Source: Diadema antillarum
Taxonomy: Eukaryota
Direction of reading: 5' to 3'
Length of the DNA stretch: 64,000 bases
Assembly (NCBI RefSeq): GCF_040938485.1
Contig: NW_027271232.1
Location: forward strand, 1,178,001 to 1,242,000
The notes beneath the pieces are model-generated. The model made no database searches. It saw nothing but the letters and a program-made list of their open reading frames with translations, and had not been told where the DNA came from. The translations under genes and the position numbers were made by a program. Position 1 is the stretch's first letter, and each line of letters begins with the position of its first letter. Of the stretch, positions 25,101-36,992 are shown piece by piece.

Positions 25101-25775
25101 TTACCCTACTAGACAAAAAGATTCTTTTCATCTTTCTCCTGTACGAACCGTATCTGCTTTAAAAACAATAACCACTACAGAACCTAAATTTTGTAATGAG
25201 TTGGATAGAGAAATAATCCAATCTCAGTCTCTATATTCATTTAAGCATAAACTTAAACGAGTTTTTCTGAATTCATATTTATAGCTATTCTTCAATCCTC
25301 CTCGACATTCTCTGTTCATTACTGACATTATCGATTATGTAACATGTGCCTCGCTCGTGATTTCTGTATTATCTCCTGAACTTCCTTTGTACACATTTGG
25401 TATCTCTGCTATTGTACACTGCATCTGACTTGTACCTCGCTCGGGTGATCACGCAACTCTCAAGAAGTCTGTGCCGCGGACATTGTTTTCTTTGTTTTTT
25501 TATTTTTCTTTTTACTTTTTGGCGTTTATATTTCTCCAATTCACAAATTGTCATTCCTTTAATTACATAACCAAGTAAGAAATAATCTCACATCCGCATC
25601 TGGGAATCTACACCCTACAAGCAATGCTTCTATGTAGATTCCTCATATTTCACAGGTTTTATCTTTTTATAAGCTGTACTTGACAATTCATCCAGGCTTT
25701 TGTATTGTGATGTTTATGTTTTATGTATTTGTTGAAATGTGGAATATGGAACAATAAAAAACAAAAAAACAAACA
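22200..25775 (+). mobile_element. Near-complete but pseudogenised LINE ORF2 (APE + RT), Crack/Daphne-like member of the CR1/L2 group, with 3'UTR
   Basis: APE motifs: HFNIRSL, GLCETWL, GGGVALYV, IYRPPN, MGDFNLDLL, PTRI, SDHFPV. RT motifs: YRPISL, QFGFRKKHST, GVPQGSLLGPLLFILY, FADDT. The ORF is split by several stops and frameshifts and ends in an AATAAAAAACAAAAAAACAAAC tail. Confidence 0.92.
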
Positions 25776-28700
25776 TAGAAAAAAGAGAGCAATAACACTC
25801 GAATGAGATTACAGATATTACAATAATATGAACCCACGTATATCTGAGAGTGGTAATATCAATGGAGGCATGCAGGCCTATATAAGGTTGTTTTTAATCA
25901 AAAGAGACAAAAAGAAGTTTACAAAATGAAAAGGGAGACATAAGATTAGACAAGACAATAGGCCTACACATTACAAAGGAGAGAATATGGCTTACGATGT
26001 GCAGTCTGCTGCATTTCCACTTCAGCAAATACTCATTTTGATTGACATTGACTAGTCTTCGTCGATAACAAATTTGCAAGTTCACTTTACATTGTTTGTG
26101 TCAGTATGGTCAGTAATGATTATGACTTGTTTTTTCTGCGCTGAAATTTTAAAAATGCAGAAAAAAACTTACAAAAAACAAACAATACAGAGGAGGAAAG
26201 GGAAGTGTTCTTAATGCAAGAACATGTATAGACATTGATGTTTGAGAAGATGACTCATTCATTCTTGGATCTTTAAAAGTCCGTTTTGAATAGCGTAAGT
26301 TCTCTCTGCTTCAGTTCATTCCATACAGTAACAGTTTTGCCAGATTCATTCTGACATTTTTTGTTGGGTATCTAGAAACAATTTGGTGATTTTGTTTTGT
26401 TGTTGCTTTTTTAAGTTCAGCTACAGTAACTGATTCATTTGAATTTATGTTACGATATAACTATGTGTTTCGAATTTATATGAGTCATTCAGATATACTC
26501 ACAGAAAAGAAATATAACTATACTTACGTTGATAAAATGCGATGCAATCAACAAAGTACGACTATATCAACAATGATATCATTCAGGGGAGTCTGAATCT
26601 TATCATGATTACGGGCCACGGTAATGGTTAATTCCTCCACCAGATACAACAGTGAATTCATTTTATTCTTCAATACTAAATTAATCAAATTGTAGAAAAG
26701 TAATTTCAGGAGTATTTTTATTGTTTGTGGGATGTTATTTGTTGGCTTGGATCGTGGTAGCCTGAACTTATTAGCGTGAGTTCGTTACGTGTAGGTCTGG
26801 TAACACACGCCATGCATAAAGTTCTGTGACAATTGTTACCACTTTGTCTCATAATAAATTCGGTGGCCGGGATCCATTCATATTGATCGGCTTTTAACAT
26901 GATTAACGTGAATTCGATATCAATGAATAACCGCCGTAATGGAAACGGGCGTTATTTACTTTCAGTGCAAGACCGATGGACATGGTTGCGGCCATTCGTC
27001 GTGAATGAAATGACAAGGTTGATTGGAATTTAATTTCCGCTGATCCAAGGCTTCTCCAACAGGTTGGAAAGGAATTTATCTCAATTGCCAGTGCGTTCAG
27101 TAATATTATTATTCTGGAGATCACCTTGATTTTGTAAGTATCTGATAAGTTCATGGACACCATACTCAGATGCAGGAGTCGCTGAATCGTAATCGTCTGT
27201 TTTATTTTGCAAAAGACTTTAAAAAAATGGATGTCACACAATCATCGTTCAGTAGCAAAGAGAATCTTAAATATTGCATAAGAACGGATTTACGCATATC
27301 TGTCATGTATTAACTGTGCTATACTTCTTTGCTTGATTTTGTTTGAATAGACAAGTTTTGCTGCACTGGTAGAAAATACTTTGCTTCTATTGATTTTGCA
27401 CTATATAGGGACGCCACTGAAATATAAAAAGAAAATGTTAATTTACTACATACCATAAAGAGCTCATATAAAATGATCCATAATGTGTTTTCACTTTACG
27501 TCAGTAATCAGTGAGGCTACGAGAGAAAGTCATGTGGTCAGTCATATGATATCATTTACTTATAAAGTGATAGTTGACAGTTGTTGGGTGTCTAAAATGC
27601 CTATTTTGTTTGCATTATACACTGAAAAACAATATCATCATCAAAAGTCTATATTATGCACTTAAAATGCAGATATTTGTTAGTATTCATTGATCTCTTG
27701 ATGTATGTTACAAATGTGAATTGTGTGGAAACTTGATAAGTGACAGGAAATGCACACAAATGAAAGAAACGACGGGGAATGAAGGCATCGTACACTTGTC
27801 AAACTTTGAAAGCTTATCATTTTAGTTGAGTATGCACTATACAGACACACAGACAAAATAGGAATAAGACCGGCAGCTAAAATACATTTTCTTGGCTCTA
27901 CGAAATCGAACATATTGAATTAAACAGTGTTTAGATATCCCGAAGTATTGACCATCTATTCTTTTAGCCTTCATATGATTTCTTTGAGAGTCGCATAGTT
28001 TGTTTTTTTTTATCGTGACTTTATTCAAGTTCAAGGCAATGTAAATGGAACATAATGCAAAAAACAGATTCACCGTTTCATGCAAAACAAATGGCATTTC
28101 AAACTGCAACAAACTGACTTGGAGATCGTTCAGAACAAATACTCACAACGAATTTGATCACAAAAATAACCTGTTTAAATCAAGGTATTGATGAAAGAGC
28201 TCAAATACGCTAACATATAAAACACAAAATATTACTTATTACTTTGAATGTATTTCCTCCTAGTATACATTCAACATGAAATAACTTTATAAACTGTGAT
28301 TTTAACATTTTCCTACGTTTGTATCTATCAGTACGCATATCAAAGCATTTTCCTATAAAGCTATGCCGACACATTGTTAATTTTTTATACATCGTATTGA
28401 TAATGAATGGAGAAATAAAATAGAAGTGACAAGTACTACCCATGTTGATAATCACAATAATAATAAGGACAATAGCTCATCTTTGCTTAGTGCATTTCAA
28501 AATCGTGTGCAATATCAATCCTCTTTAAAGACAATGAATCAATAAACAAAGCAATAATTCATAAAAAAAAAATTTGCACTCGCCTGTTCATAATAATTGA
28601 TGGCTATAATGTTCAGACATTTAAGGTTGACTCTCAGCATTCTAGACTGTGAGACCTAGGGAAGCTTCTAAGCAGCTAAGCAATCGTCTTTTATCATCCT

Positions 28701-29599
28701 ACCTACCAACGAGATTAGAAAACGCAACGAGTTAGAATCGGTTGTAACATGTGAAAAAAACAATAGTCGTGTAAATACATGATACCACAAGTGTCTCTTC
28801 ATCACCGAGCATGCCCAATGCATGCCCATGCCCATGCCCATGCCCATTCGTCATGCCCAAAATGAGGTGAAGTAGCTCAACAAACATACCGCAATCTTAA
28901 CCTAACCATGACTCTCCAGCACCAAACATTTTTCCACTGCATTTTCTGGTCCAATTATATATTCTGTCAAGCATAATGTCATTACGAACACACATTCAAA
29001 TTTTTGGAGTGGGGTAGGTCACATTTCTCTTCCCACAAGATTTTCACAAATTGCAGTTTCAAACTATAGACTCGTCAATGTATTGTCAAGCAGTTATCAG
29101 GATATAATCGACCTTCCTATCTCATATGAACAGTGTCCTTCACATTAAAGAGTACCATCTCTACAAGGCTTGTTTGATTGCTAAAATTACGATCAAAATG
29201 ATGCTGCTAAACTTTGTCATGATGGTAAACAAAGTTTGTTAATATTTCGTATAAATCAATATCATACAGTTTTATAACAGCATTACAATGGGAAGGATTT
29301 ATATTAGCTAAATTTTTTGTCGATAAAGCTTAATAGCCCAGGTATACACAGGTGGAATATTTAATAAGAACATGTGTGATCGTTACTATTATGCCCGTTT
29401 GCCGTTTCGAATATTTTCGGATACAATTTCAATAAATTTTTGTAATTTTTAGCAACAATGCAGTATGGTAGCCAAAATACAGCATTAATATAGATTCCGG
29501 TAATATATTGATTCATTTTTAATCATTTGCATGTTGCCTCACAGAACGTGCATTTCCAAGTATGTTTGATAAAGTATCTTGTTGATAAGTTCCTTTCAA

Positions 29600-30600
29600 G
29601 GCAATACATATCGGAGGGGGTGGGGGAGGGAGGGGATCTGTGACGACGGACTGAAGGCGGGGGGGGGGGGGGGGAGAAGGGGTATTCCCCTTCCCTCTCA
29701 TACGAGGGAGCTTCTGCATTTTGAAATTGAAATTCAGCGATCTAGTATACACTTTTTTGTGTGAAATGTTTGGAATTTTTCAATCCCCAAAGTACAAGTA
29801 TATTGGGATGTGCTAAGCGGCGGGGGAGGGGGAAATATTTGTGATAAATATTTTGAACGTTCTCCCAGTGTGTAAGACTCTGAACGTGGACTTTAATAGC
29901 GGGGGTTCCGGGGCGGATTTTTTTTTTTTTTTTACGTAAAATCTTAGAATGGAAATTCACCTTTCTGGAAATTTCCATTCTGGAAAGTCCATTAAGGTTT
30001 GGTGAAGAGTGAAGAATGTGTGTGTGTGTGGGGGGGGGGGGGTTCTCCTTCTCCCCATCAGCTAGAGAGCTTGTGAATTTTTAGAATTAAAAGTCACTGA
30101 ACTGCTGGACAATTTGAATTATTTGCTTTTTTCAGTCTATAAAGTGTAGGAATTTGCAGGTCGATGGTAGCGAGAGGAAGGTGTGAGATGGGTTATCCCC
30201 TCCCCTCCCCCCAAGAGGGGACTTTAGCAATTTGAGGTTTGAAATTAAACGACCTGTTGCACACATTTGGTGTGATATTTCAGAACATTTGATCCCCTAA
30301 TTGTAAGTCTGTGAAGGTGGACTAGGCGAGAAAGCTTTAGCATTTTTCAATCCCCTTCCCTCCCACACAAAGAAGTTTTACATTTTTAGTGTTTAAATTG
30401 AGTTTCTTTTGGTAGACTTTTTCAGCTTTTTGTGGAATATTTGAAAACCTTTAGGTCCATCAAGTGTTAGTGGGTGGCGGTAGAAGGTTTGAAAGGGGTT
30501 GTCCCTATATTATATGAGGGAGCTTATGTATTTTTAGAATTTGAATTGATAAATCTGGTGCATACTGTAGGTGGAATATTGAATTTGGAAACATGTCAAT
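29600..30600. repeat. Degenerate ~150-170 bp repeat cluster with G/C homopolymer tracts
   Basis: About five variants of CCC(C/T)TCCC..GGGAGCTT..GCATTTT..AATT (~29690, 30045, 30190, 30345, 30500). Confidence 0.5.
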
Positions 30601-30823
30601 CTAGACAGTAAGAAGAATAAAAACTGAAGGAAAATATGAATGTTACATTATGCTGTGTGCCACCTCTTGTTCCAAGGTGCGCGTCATAATTGTGTACTAA
30701 GAAGGTTGATAACGGTCACCGACAAGGATAACATAAACTGCAGTTAACGGTATTGCCATGTGCACACTAGGATAGCCACAAATGTACTTAGCAAACACAG
30801 TAATCTAATTGACGTGTATTGTA

Positions 30824-33800
30824 TTATTACCTCCGCCAAGGGAGGAGGTTATGTTTTCGTTACCGTTGGTTTGTGTGTTCGTTTCTTAGTTAGTTAGTTA
30901 GTTAGTTAGTTTGTCCGTGTGCAAAATAACTCAAAAAGTGGTTAACGGATTTAAATGAAACTTACAGGAAAGCTTAAGAATAATACAGGTAACAGATGAT
31001 TAAAATTTGGTAGTGATTTGAAAATTTTCGGGGAATTTATGAAGGATTTTTGACATTTTGGCAGGTAGAGTAAATGAACTTGGAGTTCAGGCTGCGCGTA
31101 TTTGAGGTTTGCATGCGCGCACTAGAAAGTGCGTGCTCTAGTTTCTGCCAAAGATAGAAGAGAATCAATTAAAGTGAAAACATAGTTGGGCCATTCTCAG
31201 ATTAAGTGTTCAATTCCATGTGAGCAAAACCGAAAAATCAACCACAAAGTAAGACATTCAAAGATGTGTTTTCGGAAACTTCAAAACCAGTCAAATACGA
31301 AACAAAAAGTGGAACATTCTAAATGATGGCCATTCATTGAGTAAAAATGAATTGAAATAGAGCATCATATATGATTTTTGATCACCAATCAGATACGTTA
31401 CCGCAAATGTACATGTTGTAATGGACTCCTGACTCTGAATTAAATTTATTGTTTTGATCCAATTTTTGTTCAGGAAAAGACATCTGTCCCCCTAAAGATA
31501 TTGGGGTTTTTCAAGAGGTAAAGATGTTGTCATCCCTTGCTAATTGGTAGAAATTATTTCTGTGTGGTAGGTTGAAATATGCTTTTTGCTGAAATGAAAT
31601 ATAACCTTAAGATTCACTTTGTATTTTTAGCAAATTTCGCTTACAAATAAAGTTTCGAATCCCACAAATCATGCAAAGGGAACGATCCGATCTGGAATTT
31701 CCACAGAAAACAAATATGAATTGCTTTCCTGGGGAAATAACTTTTGAAAAACATCGAATCACCTTTGGTAACGTATCTGGTAAAATATAAGTAATAATTT
31801 TAGTTGTGTATGAATTAATAAATATCACCTGTTTAATTATTTACCTCATAAATTGATGTAAAAATGAATGATGTAAGCCCAAATTAACCATTTAAAACAT
31901 TGTACGTAATATTCAAACTATGAAATGTAGTGGAAAAGAGCCCTAAATGTGAAAGCTGAGTTCTTCATTCACAGAATATTCTCATCTTACGTCTGAATGT
32001 ATTTATCCATCTGACTATAAATATTCATTAAGTTTTGATGGATAATGCAAACAAGGTTTAAAAATATATTTTTGCAGGCACTTAGAAGGAAATAGGTACA
32101 GTCTCTATGAACTCGATATGCTAAACAGTTGTTTGACCTATGGTAACGTATTTGGCTCATCCCTTTTAATGAAAATGAATAAATAATTGTTCAACTTATC
32201 AATGAATCTTGAGTAGTTCGTCATATGTTGAAAAACACTAGAATAAATATGCAACAGAACACTGAAACTTTTCTCGGAAGCCTTTCATAAACTACTTTTT
32301 ACTCTTTCAAAGTTTGGTAACGTATCTGGCGTACCGTAAATGAATCTGTCGGTGAAGTTACAGAGCAATTTCTACTGAATATTCTTCATTTGAACATAAC
32401 TTTAATTCTTTATGGAAGCGTCATTCTATGCAGAATTGTTTTATGAACACTTTGTTTTACATAACATTATTTGTCACCGTGGGTGCCCTGAATTATACGT
32501 AACGTATCTGCTAAATTTGAAAAGCAAAAAAACTGATATGCTGAATCTTAGCTTCGTCTTGTAAAATAAACGTTCAAAGTTGTTGCATAGAATATGAAAG
32601 TGGCTGGGTTTTATAGAATAGAACTTTGGAGTTTATATGCACACAGTGATCTGTTTGTAAAAACATTTACAATTTCTTTTCAGCATTTTGATTATGTGGT
32701 AACGTATCTGTCGGAAAACTTGGCATTAAGTTGTGAGACACTGACGCAGAAAGAAAAATCATGTGGAAGTGTTGCTCTTTTTCACCTCTCTGTCCTTTTG
32801 GTGTAAGAATATAATCCTGAGGTCCAACAAAACGAAGCATGTAGTGTGTAGGGATGAATTTTGACCAGATTTGATCCCCAGAAAGCACAAGACCAATGAG
32901 CAAAATTCGGTCACGTATATGGGGTAACGTATCTGTGGTAACGTATATGGTCGATCATATTATTATGAGAGCGATATCTACCAAATATTTCTTACTTGTA
33001 CTAAACTTTAATGTTGAATCGATGCGTCATTCCGAGGAGTAATGTATAATATACAATTGTCTGACATTGCAATATCTGTCGCAGTGGGTGGCGTGAAAAG
33101 TATGTAACGTATCTGTCCAAATAAAAGTGTAGAAAACCGATATTTCAAACATTGTACCGTATTCTCAATAAAGAGCTATTGCACAAAAAAATCTAAGTAC
33201 TTCCAATGTATGAAGCATATCCTCAGGGTTTCATATACACAGGGTCATTGCATAGTCTTGTTATTTTCGCAATGCTGTAACACTAAAAAAAACTGGTTAC
33301 GTATCTGGCGGTGAACTTGGCGACAGGTTTCAAAAGGCTATAAAAAAGAAGTCAATAAAAATTTTGGAACCTTTTGAGTATTGTGATTAGCACATATAAT
33401 GCTCATCGTCCATGAAAATGATATTTGGAAAGTGTGTTTGTGGACGGAGAGGAGCAATAAAACATAATTCTGAAATAGCCGGCGACACTGCGTTTTTGGG
33501 GTCTTCACGAAGTTCAACAGCAAAATTTTATACAAAAAGGCAGACAACCGCATTTGATCGTGTTTATTTTTAACAAATAAAGTCCTCGTGATATATTAGG
33601 CCTATAAACATTTAAATAGTATCTAATAGGTTTAAGGGAACCGCAAACTGTCATGGAATGTCGGCGACACCAAAATTCCGTATTTGAACGCTTTTACTGA
33701 GGATGGGCCAGTTTTGGTAAGGGTTTGAGAACCCGTCTGGCACAATTTCATATTTGCTTGTAATAATCAAAAGAGTCTACCAAGAAACTTACCTGGCTGA

Positions 33801-34051
33801 TGCGATTTGCCGGGATGATGAGTTCTTTCGGAGTATTTTGAGATCAAAAGTAAAAGTCGGTATACCGACTTTTATTCCAGAAGGATCCAGGTTAACTCGG
33901 TCTCAGGGACAACTCGGCCCTATTTCTGACTATTGATACGCAGTTCGTGATCGCCATATTCTCATAGGCGCTTGATAGGCGCACATTAATTCTGCACGGT
34001 GGAAAGTAGCTACTTGGCTGAGGTCTGCGCTCTCAGAGTGCTTTTCTCGTT
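30824..34051 (+). mobile_element. Helentron/HINE-type non-autonomous rolling-circle element (or two halves of one) enclosing ~2.8 kb of inserted sequence
   Basis: The 5' end reads TTATTACCTCCGCCAAG, followed by (GTTA)n at 30886-30911. The 3' sub-terminal inverted repeat CTTGGCTGAGGT (34013-34024) is an 11/12 match to ACCTCCGCCAAG (30829-30840), and it is followed by the hairpin GCGCTCTCAGAGTGC and CTCGT. Confidence 0.7.
31381..33330. repeat. Nested ~1.95 kb module with 11 copies of GTAACGTATCTG (first copy inverted)
   Basis: Copies at 31390 (reverse), 31768, 32143, 32317, 32499, 32699, 32910, 32924, 32938, 33104 and 33296, with 0-2 mismatches. Confidence 0.8.
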
Positions 34052-34320
34052 CATTCTGTTTTCGTTTGCTGATCTAATCGTTTGAAAATCCAATATCTGA
34101 ATCTAAGGAAAAGGGGGTTCGAAACTTTCTGGGAGGGTAAACTGAGAATGTTTCTAATCAAAATCCAAGGTGATCTACAAGCTTATACAGACTTTAAGCA
34201 TACTGCAAGATGTAAAACTGCCAGATTATTATTTTCAGTGCATATTTGATGTAACTTTACAACAATCTGTACCCATAGTTACTTCCAGTGATCATGTAGA
34301 ATTAACGTCGAAAAAGTTGC

Positions 34321-35733
34321 TTAGACATCGACATGGTAGATTGTTGAATCTGTATTCCCTATTGTTTTTTCGCTGAACAAAGCCGCTTTTCCTGATGAGC
34401 TAGTGGGTGATTTGAACAATTCTACTATCGCTTTGCGGAATTCAGGATTCCGAATCGTGTAAATTACAGGATTTGCGCAAGAATTGCAGAAGGCTAGGAC
34501 ATTTAGAGCAGTGAAAAGGGGGCCGTATAAATAGGACGCTGACAGGACACGAAGGTTGTACAATAGATAAACCGTGTGTGTTGGTGTCCACGAAATGAGA
34601 TAAACGCCAACAACAAGGAACAGAATCTTGAGAACATTTTTCCTAGCCACAAGATACTTCGCTGACGGGTTCGAATTATCGCATTTAGAATCTTCTCCTA
34701 TCCTCCGGCGGGACTGTCGATGGAGCATCAGTGCGGTCAGAATCTGGGCTACAAGCATGATGACAGCTGGTATTAGAAACTGAACGAGGAAAAGCACACA
34801 GCCGGTGATGATCTGGGCAGTCCATGACTGAAACACCTCAGTGCACCTGCCGCCCTTGGCACCAGCCACAAACAATAAGTACAAGTTTACCAAAAATGCC
34901 ACCAGCCATGACATGGCAACAGCTTTGGCAACTCTCTGCCGTGTTACAAGACGCTTGAAATGAAGAGGGTGGACAATCGCAATGTATCTTTCTATAGGAA
35001 TCAAGGTTAGAATGAAGACGGAAGCACCCACTGAAACCCACATGAGCAATGATGTGTAAACAACCTTGCAGTAGACATCCCCTAACCATGTTCCAGGAAC
35101 CTTCAGTGGTCTCGGCAGCGGAACCATGAACACTGATGTGAAGAAATCCGCAACGGCCAGAGCACCAATCAGTGCATCAGTTGACCGACAAGCGTGGCGC
35201 CTTTGGAACAACACCAGGATCACTGTCAGGTTTCCCACTATTCCTAGTATGGACATTGCTAGTTGCGGAATCGTCACCCATGTCCATGCAACTGACTGCC
35301 ACTTCCAAATCGGCCTAGGGCTTGTAGGCTCTTCCTCATTTTGCGCAGTAAAATTCGGCGTACCAATCTCTACTGTCTCTGTATAGATTTCTGTCATAAT
35401 TTCATGGCTGATTTCTGATATATTAAAATTCCTTTCTAGAAATGTCTTGATTCGAACAATTTTGTCTTGGCGTGGGGTTGCTCCAATATATAAGTAGCTC
35501 TTGACGATCTCAGTAGAATCTGAAACATTGCCTAAAGGCTGCCAGTGTGTCGTCAAATTGCTGTCGATGACTTCAATGTCTGAATGACTTTTAAGGCTGA
35601 CGACTAATGTCCCGACAGTGTTTAGGCCAGAATTTTGTACAGCTGTAGTGCTGACTGGTCGTGCTGTGACTGTAAGATGAACCGTTCCAGATATGACAAG
35701 AAGAACGATCGTCACGTTTATCATTATCCTCAT
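34321..35733 (-). CDS. Orphan class A GPCR paralog 3 (470 aa from the aligned ATG at 35733)
   Basis: Intact 7TM ORF. The ORF-track extension to 35772 crosses the conserved acceptor TTCTTTACAG at 35755-35756, so MRIMINV is the likely start. Confidence 0.96.
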   Translation of the reverse strand: MRIMINVTIVLLVISGTVHLTVTARPVSTTAVQNSGLNTVGTLVVSLKSHSDIEVIDSNLTTHWQPLGNVSDSTEIVKSYLYIGATPRQDKIVRIKTFLERNFNISEISHEIMTEIYTETVEIGTPNFTAQNEEEPTSPRPIWKWQSVAWTWVTIPQLAMSILGIVGNLTVILVLFQRRHACRSTDALIGALAVADFFTSVFMVPLPRPLKVPGTWLGDVYCKVVYTSLLMWVSVGASVFILTLIPIERYIAIVHPLHFKRLVTRQRVAKAVAMSWLVAFLVNLYLLFVAGAKGGRCTEVFQSWTAQIITGCVLFLVQFLIPAVIMLVAQILTALMLHRQSRRRIGEDSKCDNSNPSAKYLVARKNVLKILFLVVGVYLISWTPTHTVYLLYNLRVLSASYLYGPLFTALNVLAFCNSCANPVIYTIRNPEFRKAIVELFKSPTSSSGKAALFSEKTIGNTDSTIYHVDV

Positions 35734-36137
35734 TTTGTCTCTGTTTTTGTTTTCCTGTAAAGAACATAGCATCGTAAAATGGAAAAGAGGAGTTGATTCA
35801 TCTGTTGTTGTGTCAACGGATCTTTAAAGTGCATCACCATTCATTGTTAACTTTAAATTTGGAAACAGACGAATTTTCATCATAGCCATGGAATTTAAAA
35901 ATGACAGAAGTAGTTACATTATTTGTAACTATGTATTCAAATCAGACGATCTTATCATGTCAACCCCTTTATACAAGTCTTCTTTTGACCCACTGACAAA
36001 TCACTACCACTTTTTCAATTTTGAAATTAAAACATAGACCAAAACCTACCAACTTATACACAATAATGTATTTTTGCTGTAAAAAATTTCTTAGTTCCTT
36101 ATTTCAAAGCGTTAGGAGTACATTTGTTTTTTCTGTC

Positions 36138-36179
<42 letters not shown>

Positions 36180-36383
36180 GACATCCAGATACCTATTTCT
36201 GTATCTGAACAGTAACAATCTGAACAGCAACACTAAGTACCTAATGCGGTGGTCTGATGATCAAAGTGACTAAAGCATAATTATGACAAATAGAAAACAA
36301 GACTAACTATGAAATATTCAATACCGCTTCTGTTTAAAGCTGGTATTTTATTGTAGGCTTGAGTGAGTTAACTAGTAAACCTT

Positions 36384-36605
36384 ACCCGAAGCAGCTGAAC
36401 TCTTGACCACGGATTTGCAATATCAGCAATTCACGCATAACATCCGCACTCTGTTGAAATGATGTTTTCGAACTGCATGTCTTTAGGTTTTGGTAATCAG
36501 CATTGTATAATGCGCATGAGCAGATTATTGATTGAATTCAGCCAATGATATCATAAGCCTGTCACAATTAGACATATTACCCTTTGGAAAACACACACAC
36601 CCACA
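36384..36605 (-). promoter_or_regulatory. Leader exon/promoter of paralog 3: donor 36384-36385, TATA-like box lost, TGCGCATGAGCA ~36511, CCAAT 36542-36546
   Basis: Co-linear with the other units. The predicted intron is only ~630 bp. Confidence 0.65.
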
Positions 36606-36861
36606 TACCAGGCAAAAATTAAAAGACTGCACTCAAGCAAATTACTAATTTACCATAATACCGTAAGGGTAAGGACTCTATCAACAATCCTGTAATTTGA
36701 CACTGCCTCTGATTATTAAATTCGTTTGCATGATAACGTTTATTCAAGCAAAGCATGTCAAACACCAACAAGAATACATCACTACGTACACCAGGCATAA
36801 CAAGTAATGATGCTGACTTTTAAACGCCCCGAATATTTGAATCAATTCATATAAAACCATA

Positions 36862-36926
36862 TGAATTGAATTGAATTGAATTGAATTGAATTGAATTGAA
36901 TTGAATTGAATTTAATTTAATTGAAT
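36862..36926. repeat. (TGAAT)n microsatellite
   Basis: About 10 perfect units plus a degenerate tail. Confidence 0.95.
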
Positions 36927-36992
36927 CAAAGCGTAATTTATTTATAAAAGAGGTCTATGCTCTGTTATGTTTGAATTGCGAAGGATCGATAA

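Noticed and set aside
31381-33330. CRISPR-like interpretation of the 12-mer array
   Set aside because: Eukaryotic context, a repeat that is too short, spacers of ~180-370 bp and no cas genes.
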